27,469 bases of DNA, from contig JBILBP010000001.1 in assembly GCA_044353645.1 (NCBI GenBank), forward strand, positions 1 to 27,469. Direction: 5' to 3'. Positions within the stretch are counted from its first letter, which is position 1. Each line of letters begins with the position of its first letter. This DNA comes from Planctomycetota bacterium (GTDB lineage Bacteria > Planctomycetota > UBA11346). The notes under the pieces were generated by a model. That model had not been told where the DNA came from. It did no database searches and saw only the letters and a program-made list of their open reading frames with translations. Positions 9,933-18,394 of the stretch are shown here, piece after piece. Position numbers and translations under genes: made by a program.

Positions 9933-11035
9933 TGTTCGGCGGCGTCTTCAAGGGCCGGCGGGTCCTGCTCACTGGCCACACCGGTTTCAAAGGTTCCTGG
10001 CTGAGCCAATGGCTCATCGAGCTGGGAGCCGAGGTCCATGGCCTGTCGTTGGCGCCCGATACCGCTCCGGCGCTGTTCGAGGTGCTCGGCTTGGAGCAGC
10101 GCCTGGCCTCGCACCGCCTCGCGGACGTGCGCGATATGGCGGCGGTGCAGGCGATATGCGTCGCCATACAGCCCGAGGTGGTCTTCCACATGGCGGCGCA
10201 GCCTTTGGTGCGCCTGTCCTATCGCGAGCCCGCCGCTACCTGGGCGACCAACGTACAAGGTACCATCCATGTCCTGGAGGCGGTGCGTCGTCTTGCCTGT
10301 GTGCGTGCCTGCGTGGTGGTGACCTCTGATAAATGCTATGAGAACCGTGAGCAGCTGTGGGGGTATCGCGAAGCTGATGCGATGGGTGGCCATGACCCGT
10401 ATTCGTCCTCGAAGGGCGCTGCGGAGATGGCCGTTGCCAGCTGGCGGCGGTCCTTCTTCCACGATCCGAGCGGTGCCCGGCTGGCATCGGGACGAGCCGG
10501 GAATGTCATTGGCGGCGGCGACTGGTCAGCCGACCGCATCGTCGTCGACTTCGTCCGCGCGATGGTCGCCGGACAGCCGCTGTCCCTGCGCAATCCCGGC
10601 GCGATTCGCCCATGGCAGCATGTGCTGGAGCCCCTCTCGGGCTACTTGCTGCTGGCCGCCAAGCTCTTGCATGCAGAAGGCGCGGGCTTTGCCGAAGGTT
10701 GGAACTTCGGCCCCGGCGATGCCAGCGTGGCCACGGTCAAGGAGCTTGCCGACCTCTTGGTGCGTGCATGGGGCTCGGGCTCGGTCGAGGCTCCACTGCA
10801 GATCGGGCAACCCCATGAAGCCCATCTGCTCAAGCTGGATGTGAGCAAGGCCCGCGCCCTGCTGGGCTGGACAGGCATCTGGGACGTGCGGCGGACGGTT
10901 GCCGAGACCGTTCACTGGTACAAGGCCCACCATCAGGGGAGCGAGGATCTGTCCGCCCTGACCCGTCGTCAAATCGCCGATTATGCCCATGATGCCCGCC
11001 GTGCTGGCCTGGCCTGGGCTGGCGATGCCGGTTAG
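9932..11035 (+). CDS. rfbG: CDP-glucose 4,6-dehydratase
   Basis: LLTGHTGFKGSWL, HMAAQPLVRLSY, TSDKCYEN, DPYSSSKG, RAGNVIGGGDW, RPWQHVLEPLSGY, WNFGP. It is coupled to rfbF by a TAATG overlap (9930-9934). Confidence 0.97.
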   Translation: MFGGVFKGRRVLLTGHTGFKGSWLSQWLIELGAEVHGLSLAPDTAPALFEVLGLEQRLASHRLADVRDMAAVQAICVAIQPEVVFHMAAQPLVRLSYREPAATWATNVQGTIHVLEAVRRLACVRACVVVTSDKCYENREQLWGYREADAMGGHDPYSSSKGAAEMAVASWRRSFFHDPSGARLASGRAGNVIGGGDWSADRIVVDFVRAMVAGQPLSLRNPGAIRPWQHVLEPLSGYLLLAAKLLHAEGAGFAEGWNFGPGDASVATVKELADLLVRAWGSGSVEAPLQIGQPHEAHLLKLDVSKARALLGWTGIWDVRRTVAETVHWYKAHHQGSEDLSALTRRQIADYAHDARRAGLAWAGDAG

Positions 11036-11104
11036 GCTTCTTTCGGGGGCCTTGGCGGCTTCCCTTGCCCGGGTTTTTAAACTCAACGAGATGCCAATAT
11101 TTCC

Positions 11105-12484
11105 ATGACTGATCGCCTTGCACAACTCCGCGCCGAGATCCTCGTCAAGACCCGGGAGCTCATCAGCCTCCGTGAGGTTCCGCAGCCATTCATCCCCGGA
11201 CAGACGACGGTCCCCTATGCCGGTCGCGTCTACGATGCCGACGAGGTCGAGGCTGGCGTCGACAGCATGCTCGATTTCTGGCTGACCTTGGGCAAGCATG
11301 GTGATGCGTTCGAGAAGGAATTTGCAGCGCTCCTCGGGGTGCGTTCGTGCATCCTGACCAACAGCGGAAGTTCAGGCAATCTCTTGGCCTTCGCCGCGCT
11401 CACCAGTTACAAGCTCGGGGAGCGGCGGATCCGCCCAGGCGATGAAGTCATCACCGCCGCCGCCGGCTTCCCGACGACCGTGTCGCCGATCATCCAGAAT
11501 GGCTGCATCCCGGTCTTCGTCGATGTCGATCCGAGCACCATGGGGCCGCGTGTCGATCAGCTCGAAGATGCCTATGTCCGGGGCCGGACCAAGGCGGTGA
11601 TGATCGCCCACGCCCTCGGCAATCCATTCGATCTCGGTGAGATCACGCGCTTTTGCCGCGACAAGGGGCTATGGCTGATCGAAGACAACTGCGATAGTCT
11701 CGGCAGCCGCTATGACGGCCAGCTGACCGGTACCTTTGGCGATCTTTCCACGCAGTCCTTTTACCCGCCGCATCATCTCACGCTCGGCGAAGGCGGCTCG
11801 ATCAATGTCGTGCGCGATCCCAAATTGCGGGTGATCGTCGAAAGTTACCGTGACTGGGGCCGCGACTGCTGGTGCCCCTCGGGCAAAGACGATACCTGCC
11901 GCAAGCGCTTCGAATGGCAGCTCGGCGAGCTGCCCAAGGGCTACGATCACAAGTACATCTACAGTCACATCGGCTGGAATCTCAAGCCGCTCGATCCGCA
12001 GGCCGCCATCGGCCGTCAGCAGCTGAAGAAATTGCCGGGTTTCATCCAGGCGCGGCGGGACAATTGGGAAGCTCTGCGGCGCGGTCTGAGCGGGCTCGAG
12101 GACCGTCTCGAATTCATGCTCCCGACCCACGCTACCGCCTGGTCGCCGTCGGGTTTCTCGTGGCAGCCCGGCAAGCCGGTGGTCGAGCCGAGCTGGTTCG
12201 GCTTCATGATGCTGGTGAAGGGTGGCCCGCAGGCCCGCACCGCCTTGGCCAGGGCCCTCGATACGGCCCGCATCGGCAATCGCATGTTCTTCGGCGGCAA
12301 TCTCGTACGCCAGCCGGCCTTCGTCCAGCTCAAGGCCGATACCTTGGGCAGCGGCTACCGGGTGATCGGCGATCTCGCGGGTGCCGATCGGGTCATGAAC
12401 GAATCGTTGTTCGTCGGTACCTACCCCGGTCTGCGTCCAGAGCATATCGCGCACATTGTCAGCACCGTACGCGAGGCTTGCTGA
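11105..12484 (+). CDS. rfbH: CDP-4-keto-6-deoxyglucose 3-dehydratase (E1; RfbH/DdhC/AscC), PMP- and [2Fe-2S]-dependent
   Basis: NSGSSGNLLA, AAGFPTTV, AHALGNPF, EDNCDSLG. SFYPPHH carries His in place of the aminotransferase Lys. WGRDCWC-x7-C is the Fe-S motif, followed by YDHKYIYSHIG. Confidence 0.95.
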   Translation: MTDRLAQLRAEILVKTRELISLREVPQPFIPGQTTVPYAGRVYDADEVEAGVDSMLDFWLTLGKHGDAFEKEFAALLGVRSCILTNSGSSGNLLAFAALTSYKLGERRIRPGDEVITAAAGFPTTVSPIIQNGCIPVFVDVDPSTMGPRVDQLEDAYVRGRTKAVMIAHALGNPFDLGEITRFCRDKGLWLIEDNCDSLGSRYDGQLTGTFGDLSTQSFYPPHHLTLGEGGSINVVRDPKLRVIVESYRDWGRDCWCPSGKDDTCRKRFEWQLGELPKGYDHKYIYSHIGWNLKPLDPQAAIGRQQLKKLPGFIQARRDNWEALRRGLSGLEDRLEFMLPTHATAWSPSGFSWQPGKPVVEPSWFGFMMLVKGGPQARTALARALDTARIGNRMFFGGNLVRQPAFVQLKADTLGSGYRVIGDLAGADRVMNESLFVGTYPGLRPEHIAHIVSTVREAC

Positions 12485-12541
12485 GCGCATATGACTTCTT
12501 TCGCCCCCGCTCATCCCGATCATTCGGGGCAGTGAGATGTC

Positions 12542-13429
12542 ATGAGCAAGTATCCGATTGCGATCCTGGGATCAGGCAACATTGGCACTGATCTGCTGGT
12601 GAAATGCCAGCGTTCGGAAGTCTTGGAATGCGTGGCCTTCGTTGGCCGCAGCTTCACTTCCTCAGGGATGGTTAAGGCTCAATCCCTGGGCGTTACCTGT
12701 TCGGATCAGAGCATACACTACATCAGAAAGCATCAGCGCGACATCAAGCTGGTGTTCGATGCGACTTCCGCCAAAGATCACCACGTTCACGCGCCAATCC
12801 TCAAAGACCTGGGCATCACCGTCGTCGATCTGACGCCGGCGCATATCGGCCCGATGTGCGTTCCAGGAGTGAACATGAGCGCCTCGCTCGGCGAGGGAAA
12901 CCTCAACATGGTCACCTGCGGTGGACAGGCCTCGATCCCCATCGCCTACGCTATCGGTCAGACCCAGGGCGCGGTTGAATACATCGAGGTCGTCTCGAGC
13001 ATCGCCTCGCGCAGCGCCGGCCCGGCGACCCGTGCCAACCTTGACGAATACATTGCTACCACCGAGGCCGGTATCCGGCTGTTCTCGGGAGCGGCCAACG
13101 CCAAGGCGATCCTCAACCTCAATCCGGCGGTCCCCTGTATCGACATGCAGACGACGATCTTCGCCAAGGTCGCCCGGCCGGATCTGCCCGCTCTCCAGAG
13201 GGCTGTGACAGAGATGGTGGTGCGCATAGCCGCATATGTTCCTGGTTATCAGCTGCTGATGGCTCCGCGACTGGACGACGGGCGTCTGGTGGTCATGGTC
13301 AAGGTCCGCGGGCTGGGCGACTATCTGCCTGAATACGCGGGGAACCTCGACATCATCAATTGCGCGGCGATCGCCATTGCCGAAGAGCACGCACGCCACT
13401 ATCGGCATCGGCAAGGAGCCACCCCATGA
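12542..13429 (+). CDS. dmpF: Acetaldehyde dehydrogenase (acylating), DmpF/MhpF family
   Basis: [34 protein letters not shown] (catalytic Cys), [29 protein letters not shown]. Confidence 0.94.
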   Translation: MSKYPIAILGSGNIGTDLLVKCQRSEVLECVAFVGRSFTSSGMVKAQSLGVTCSDQSIHYIRKHQRDIKLVFDATSAKDHHVHAPILKDLGITVVDLTPAHIGPMCVPGVNMSASLGEGNLNMVTCGGQASIPIAYAIGQTQGAVEYIEVVSSIASRSAGPATRANLDEYIATTEAGIRLFSGAANAKAILNLNPAVPCIDMQTTIFAKVARPDLPALQRAVTEMVVRIAAYVPGYQLLMAPRLDDGRLVVMVKVRGLGDYLPEYAGNLDIINCAAIAIAEEHARHYRHRQGATP

Positions 13430-14457
13430 CCGAGCGTATCCTCATCTGCGATCCCAGTCTGCGGGATGGCAACCATGCCGTCGCGCATCAGCTCAGCCAC
13501 GAACAGGTGCGCGCTTATTGCCTAGCTGCGGATCGGGCCGGGATCCCCATCGTCGAAGTCGGCCATGGCAATGGTCTGGGGGCATCATCGCTGCAGGTCG
13601 GTCTGGCGAAGACCGCGGATGCGGTGATGTTGAAAACTGCCCGCGAGGCATTGCGTAACAGCAAGCTCGGCATTCATGTGATTCCGGGTTTCGCGACCAT
13701 CGAACGCGACCTCAAGCCGGCCATCGACTATGGCGTGGATGTGTTCCGGATCGCCGCCCATTGCACCGAGGCCGATATCACCGAACGCCATATCCGTTTC
13801 TGCCGCAACCAGGGCAAGACGGTTTTTGGCGTCTTGATGATGTCGCACATGGCCGATGTCCCCACGCTCTGCGATGAGGCGCGCAAGATGGAAGGGTACG
13901 GTGCCGAAGCGATCATCATCATGGACTCCTCGGGCACCTATCTGCCTGAAGATGTCAGCGAACGAATCGCAGCCCTGCGTGCCGGGCTGAGCATACCTGT
14001 CGGTTTCCATGGTCATAATAATCTGGGCATGGCGGTGGCCAATTCAGTGGCGGCGGTCCGTGCCGGCGCCTCCATATTGGATGCCTGCGCGCGTGGTTTT
14101 GGCGCAGGTGCGGGCAATACCCAGATCGAGGCCTTGGTGGCGGTGCTCGAACGGATGGGCATTCCGACCGGTATCGACCTCTATGCCCTGCTCGATGCCG
14201 CTGACCTTGCCGAAGCGCAGTTGATGAAGGAGGTGCCGGCGATCAGATCGCTCAGCATCGTCAGTGGCTTGTCCGGGGTCTTCTCGGGCTTCGCCAAGCC
14301 AGTGCAGCGCATTGCTGCCGAAACCGGCGTCGACGCCCGTGACATCTTCTTCGAACTCGGGCGGCGCAAGGTCGTAGCCGGCCAGGAGGATCTCATCCTG
14401 GAGGTGGCCCAGGAGCTGGCCTGTCATCAGCGCGCCGCAAGCGGAGTCAGGAGATGA
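13426..14457 (+). CDS. dmpG: 4-hydroxy-2-oxovalerate aldolase, DmpG/MhpE family
   Basis: [34 protein letters not shown] (metal-binding HxH), GAGAGN, and the C-terminal communication domain ([15 protein letters not shown]). The start at 13426 is an ATGA overlap with dmpF. Confidence 0.94.
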   Translation: MTERILICDPSLRDGNHAVAHQLSHEQVRAYCLAADRAGIPIVEVGHGNGLGASSLQVGLAKTADAVMLKTAREALRNSKLGIHVIPGFATIERDLKPAIDYGVDVFRIAAHCTEADITERHIRFCRNQGKTVFGVLMMSHMADVPTLCDEARKMEGYGAEAIIIMDSSGTYLPEDVSERIAALRAGLSIPVGFHGHNNLGMAVANSVAAVRAGASILDACARGFGAGAGNTQIEALVAVLERMGIPTGIDLYALLDAADLAEAQLMKEVPAIRSLSIVSGLSGVFSGFAKPVQRIAAETGVDARDIFFELGRRKVVAGQEDLILEVAQELACHQRAASGVRR

Positions 14458-15488
14458 AAAGCACGCGGGCGCAGATTGTCAGCGGCGATTGCGAACGGGT
14501 CTATGCAAGTGCCGGCCAATCACTGCAGGGCCTGGCCGGGGCCTCGATCACGGTCACCGGCGGTACCGGCTTCATGGGTGCGTGGATCCTCGAGCTGATC
14601 GCCTACCTCAATGCCCGTCAGGGCATGGGCATAACGGTGACGGCGCTGGCCCGGGACAGCGGACGGTTGATCGCCGCCATGCCGCACATCGCTCATTTGC
14701 CGTGGCTTTGCCTGCAGCGCAACGACGTGCGTACCCTCGGCGAAATGCCGAAGAATACTTCGCATATCATCCATGCGGCCGGGGATCCAGATTCACGCAG
14801 CCATGCGTCGCGACCGGTGGAGACCATGCGGGTGATCGCTGAAGGGGCTGCGGCGGTGATCGCCGCCGCTCAGCGTCTCGGCCATCTGCGGCAGATCCTC
14901 AATGTCAGTTCGGGGAATATCCCCCATACCGGAACGGCTCTGCCGGGTGATCTGGCACGCACGGTCAGCGCCCCGTATGTCGAAGCCAAACGCTATGCGG
15001 AGACGCTTTTCCAGGCCGCCCGTAGTGAATTGCGTCTGCCGGTGGTGCAGGTTCGCCCGTACAGCTTTCTCGGCCCCTATCAGCAGGCGGATGCACCGTG
15101 GGCGGCGAATGCATTTCTGCGTGATGCCATGTGCGGACGGGCGATCCGCATCCTCGGAGATGGTGAAAGTATCCGTACGGTCATGTATGGGGCCGACCTA
15201 GCGATGTGGATGCTGGTGATGTTGGAGCAAGGCCGGGATGGCATGACCTATAGCGTCGGCGCGGATACCGGTCACAGTATGAAGTCCATTGCCCAAGCGG
15301 TCGCCGACCAGTTTCATCCCCGGCCGGCAATCCTCCTTAATTGCGCTCTCGCCGGTGCACCCACGAAGACCTGCTATGTGCCAGATCTTTCGGCGGTGCG
15401 TCAGGCGCTCAACCTGCGTACCTATACTGATCTGGCCACCGCCGTGGCCCATTACCAGTTGTGGCTTGAAGCCCCGGCGGACGCCTGA
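14454..15488 (+). CDS. NAD(P)-dependent epimerase/dehydratase/reductase (extended SDR)
   Basis: VTGGTGFMG (GxxGxxG), IIHAAG, NVSSG, YVEAK (YxxxK), RPYSFLGP. It has an ATGA overlap with dmpG and AGGAG immediately upstream. Confidence 0.87.
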   Translation: MKSTRAQIVSGDCERVYASAGQSLQGLAGASITVTGGTGFMGAWILELIAYLNARQGMGITVTALARDSGRLIAAMPHIAHLPWLCLQRNDVRTLGEMPKNTSHIIHAAGDPDSRSHASRPVETMRVIAEGAAAVIAAAQRLGHLRQILNVSSGNIPHTGTALPGDLARTVSAPYVEAKRYAETLFQAARSELRLPVVQVRPYSFLGPYQQADAPWAANAFLRDAMCGRAIRILGDGESIRTVMYGADLAMWMLVMLEQGRDGMTYSVGADTGHSMKSIAQAVADQFHPRPAILLNCALAGAPTKTCYVPDLSAVRQALNLRTYTDLATAVAHYQLWLEAPADA

Positions 15489-15521
15489 CGGCCCCGTCGA
15501 TCGATCAATCCGAGTGAACCT

Positions 15522-17333
15522 ATGAAAATCAAATGCAGCGATCTGTTGGCGAACTTCCTGGCCGAGAAACAGGTCACGACTACCTTCGGCATCACCGGTT
15601 CAGCGATTGCGCACGTCTTTGATTCGATCGGCAACCTCGGTAAGACGGAGATCATCTGCGTCCATCATGAACAGGCGGCATGCATGGCCGCACAGGGTTA
15701 TTTCAGGACGCGGGGCACGCCGACGGTGGCCATCGTCACCGCTGGTGGCGGGTCGAGCAATGCCATCACCGGTGTCTTGTCGGCATGGATGGATTCGCTG
15801 CCGTTGCTGGTCATCTCCGGCAATGAAAACGCCAAGTTTACCTATGAAGACAACCCACTGCGCATCTGGGGCGTGCAGGGCTACGATTCGACGGCGATGG
15901 TGCAGAAGATCACCAAGCATGTGATTCGTGTGATGGACCCGACTATGATCATCTATGAGCTGGAGAAAGCCTGGCAGATCGCTACCAGTGGGCGGCCGGG
16001 GCCGGTGTGGATTGATATCCCGATGAGCGTCCAGGGTAGCTTCGTTGAGGAGGCCGAAATAAAGCGCTATGCTCCAGTCTCCGTGCCGCAGACTGCAGTC
16101 ACGCAGATCCGCCAGCTCGACCTCGTCGCGGATCTGCTGCGTCAGGCCAAGCGACCGGTCCTGTGGCTGGGCAACGGCATCCGCCATGCCGGATTTGTAC
16201 CGCAATTGGCGGACTTCCTGGCGCGGATCGAAGTGCCTAGCCTGGTAACCTGGGCGATGATCGATGCCCTCGATCCCCACCATCCTATGAATTTCGGACG
16301 TGCCGGTGTCTATGGTCAGCGCTCGGCGAACTTCGTTTTGCAGAATGCCGACCTGCTCATCACCATCGGCACGCGCATGCCGCTCCAGCAGGTGGGTTAC
16401 GATATCAGCGAACTGGCGCGGACGGCGAAGATCGTGGTCGTTGATATCGATGAAATAGAGCTGGCAAAATATGCTCAACGCTATGACGTTTCGATTTGCG
16501 CCGATGCTGGCGAATTCATGCGCGGCCTCATCGCGACCCTCGGGCGCCAGGCCGCCTCGCCGGAGTGGCTCGCGTCCTGCAATGACTTCCGCAGCCGCTA
16601 TCCGATCATCGGACCGGAGCACAACGACATCGGTGACTTCATCAATTCCTACCGCTTCATGGAGCGCCTGAATCGGCATTTCCACGAGGATCAGGTTGTA
16701 TGTACCGATGCCGGCACGGCGTTGCTGTCTGGGCATCAGGTACTGCAGATGAAACCTGGGCAGATGTTGTTCACCTCGCTCGGCCTCGGGGAGATGGGCT
16801 ATGGCCTGCCAGCAGCTATCGGTGCGGCATTCGGTCGTGGACGCAAGGAGGTCTTGTGTCTTAATTGCGACGGAGGGATGATGATGAATTTGCAAGAGCT
16901 GCAGACCATCGTCCACCATCGGCTGCCGGTGAAGATCATCATCTTCAACAATGACGGTTATCTGATGATCAAGCACACCCAGAATGCGATGTTCCATGGA
17001 CGTCGCTATGGCGTGGATCAGCGTTCAGGGGTGAGCTGCCCCGATTTCAGCAAGTTGGCCGCGGCCTTCGGAATCAAGGCTTTGCAGATCAATGTTTGGG
17101 ATGATGTGGATCCGGTCCTGACGCAGCTGCAGCAGGATCAGGGGCCGGTCATCTGCGAAGTCCGTATGCATCCCGATCAGATGATGCTTCCTAAGCTCTC
17201 GCTGGCGATGCGTGCAGACGGCAGCCTGGTCTCACCGCCGTTGGAGGATCTCAGCCCGTTGCTCCCGCGTGCCGAATTGGAGCGCAACATGCTGATCGGC
17301 ATGCACGAGAAATCCAGGCAGCTCAAACCTTGA
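15522..17333 (+). CDS. Thiamine-diphosphate-dependent enzyme (acetolactate-synthase-like fold; YerE-like carboligase candidate)
   Basis: HHEQAACMAA (catalytic Glu), TAGGGSSNAITG, GRPGPVWIDIP, GLGEMGYGLPAAIG, and the ThDP/Mg motif CDGG-x-NN. The fold assignment is strong; the YerE-like role is inferred from context. Confidence 0.9.
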   Translation: MKIKCSDLLANFLAEKQVTTTFGITGSAIAHVFDSIGNLGKTEIICVHHEQAACMAAQGYFRTRGTPTVAIVTAGGGSSNAITGVLSAWMDSLPLLVISGNENAKFTYEDNPLRIWGVQGYDSTAMVQKITKHVIRVMDPTMIIYELEKAWQIATSGRPGPVWIDIPMSVQGSFVEEAEIKRYAPVSVPQTAVTQIRQLDLVADLLRQAKRPVLWLGNGIRHAGFVPQLADFLARIEVPSLVTWAMIDALDPHHPMNFGRAGVYGQRSANFVLQNADLLITIGTRMPLQQVGYDISELARTAKIVVVDIDEIELAKYAQRYDVSICADAGEFMRGLIATLGRQAASPEWLASCNDFRSRYPIIGPEHNDIGDFINSYRFMERLNRHFHEDQVVCTDAGTALLSGHQVLQMKPGQMLFTSLGLGEMGYGLPAAIGAAFGRGRKEVLCLNCDGGMMMNLQELQTIVHHRLPVKIIIFNNDGYLMIKHTQNAMFHGRRYGVDQRSGVSCPDFSKLAAAFGIKALQINVWDDVDPVLTQLQQDQGPVICEVRMHPDQMMLPKLSLAMRADGSLVSPPLEDLSPLLPRAELERNMLIGMHEKSRQLKP

Positions 17334-17355
17334 TGATGGTGGATCGGGCAACCTG

Positions 17356-18333
17356 ATGCAAATCGCACTGCTGGGATCGACAAGTCATGTGGCCAAGGCG
17401 ACCATGGAGTACCTGCGTCGGCGGGCGACGCTCACCCATGTCGCCCGCGACCCCCAGCGTGTTCGCGTCCACCTCGAGCGATTCGGTGGTGACGATGTCG
17501 CGGAGCACCAACGCATCTTGAGTTTCGAGGAGTTTGCTGCCTCTCAGATGGTGTTCGATGCGATCATCAATTGCGTGGGTTTCGGAACCCCCGAAAAGGT
17601 TGCCGCCGCCGGCTTAGACCTGTATCGGCTCACCGAGCGCATGGATGAATTATGCCTGTCCTATCTTGAGAGGAATCCGCAGACGGTATTCGTCAATTTT
17701 TCAAGCGGTGCTGTATATGGGACGGCGCATGAGGCCTTGATTGGACCCGCTGCTGTTTTTACCATGGAGCTGAATCAGCCCCGCGAATCGGACCACTACC
17801 GTCTCGCTAAATTGCATTGCGAGCGCAAGCACCGTGCTTGGCAATCTGCTTCGATTATCGATCTCCGGTTGTTCGGCTTCTTTTCCAAGCATATCGACTT
17901 GTCGTCACGATATCTCATCTGCGAGATCGTGCGCAGCATCCGTGACAGGAAGATCTTCGTCACCGATGACAGCGACATCATCAGGGATTTCGTTCATCCA
18001 CGGGATCTTGCTGAGCTGATGTTGCGTGCGGCTGCGAAAAAAGGGCTCAATATCGCTCTGGATGTGTTCAGTAGTGCCTATCTGAAAAAATCTGAATTGC
18101 TCGCCGTGGCCAAGCAAAAGTTCGGCTTGCAGGTCGAGATCGTATCCTCGCCGCTGAACATTTCTCCTACCGGATCAAAGAGTTTCTATGCCAGCGGAAA
18201 CTTTGCGGCCACCGGAAAGATCGGCTATAATCCGCAGTGGTCTTCGATCGAGGCGGTGATCGACCAGATATCGCAGACGCTCGCACCGAGTACGCGGACC
18301 TCGCGGCGCGGGACCGATGGCGGGAATCAGTAG
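17356..18333 (+). CDS. NAD(P)-dependent epimerase/dehydratase family protein (divergent SDR)
   Basis: Degenerate nucleotide-binding loop (LLGSTSHVA), IINCVGFG, NFSSGAVYG, YRLAK (YxxxK), LRLFGFF, RDFVHPRDL. Confidence 0.8.
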   Translation: MQIALLGSTSHVAKATMEYLRRRATLTHVARDPQRVRVHLERFGGDDVAEHQRILSFEEFAASQMVFDAIINCVGFGTPEKVAAAGLDLYRLTERMDELCLSYLERNPQTVFVNFSSGAVYGTAHEALIGPAAVFTMELNQPRESDHYRLAKLHCERKHRAWQSASIIDLRLFGFFSKHIDLSSRYLICEIVRSIRDRKIFVTDDSDIIRDFVHPRDLAELMLRAAAKKGLNIALDVFSSAYLKKSELLAVAKQKFGLQVEIVSSPLNISPTGSKSFYASGNFAATGKIGYNPQWSSIEAVIDQISQTLAPSTRTSRRGTDGGNQ

Positions 18334-18394
18334 ACGCGTCAGTTTATCATACGTGCCTTGACTACCGCGGTCCGACAGGCTCCTCGTGATGACC

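Noticed and set aside
11669-13414. Antisense ORFs 11669-12523 (284 aa) and 12662-13414 (250 aa)
   Set aside because: These are shadow ORFs of rfbH and dmpF with no domain-like signal.
12542-14457. Interpretation as an aromatic meta-cleavage degradation operon
   Set aside because: No other meta-cleavage genes are in the window, and the pair is translationally coupled to nucleotide-sugar genes.
15600-16997. 465-aa antisense ORF opposite the ThDP enzyme
   Set aside because: It lies wholly within a well-supported gene on the other strand and has no recognisable motifs. Long shadow ORFs are expected opposite high-GC3 genes.
15522-17333. Interpretation as anabolic acetolactate synthase (ilvB) for branched-chain amino acids
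   Set aside because: There is no ilvN/ilvH small subunit or ilvC nearby, the cofactor motif is atypical, and the context is CDP-sugar biosynthesis.
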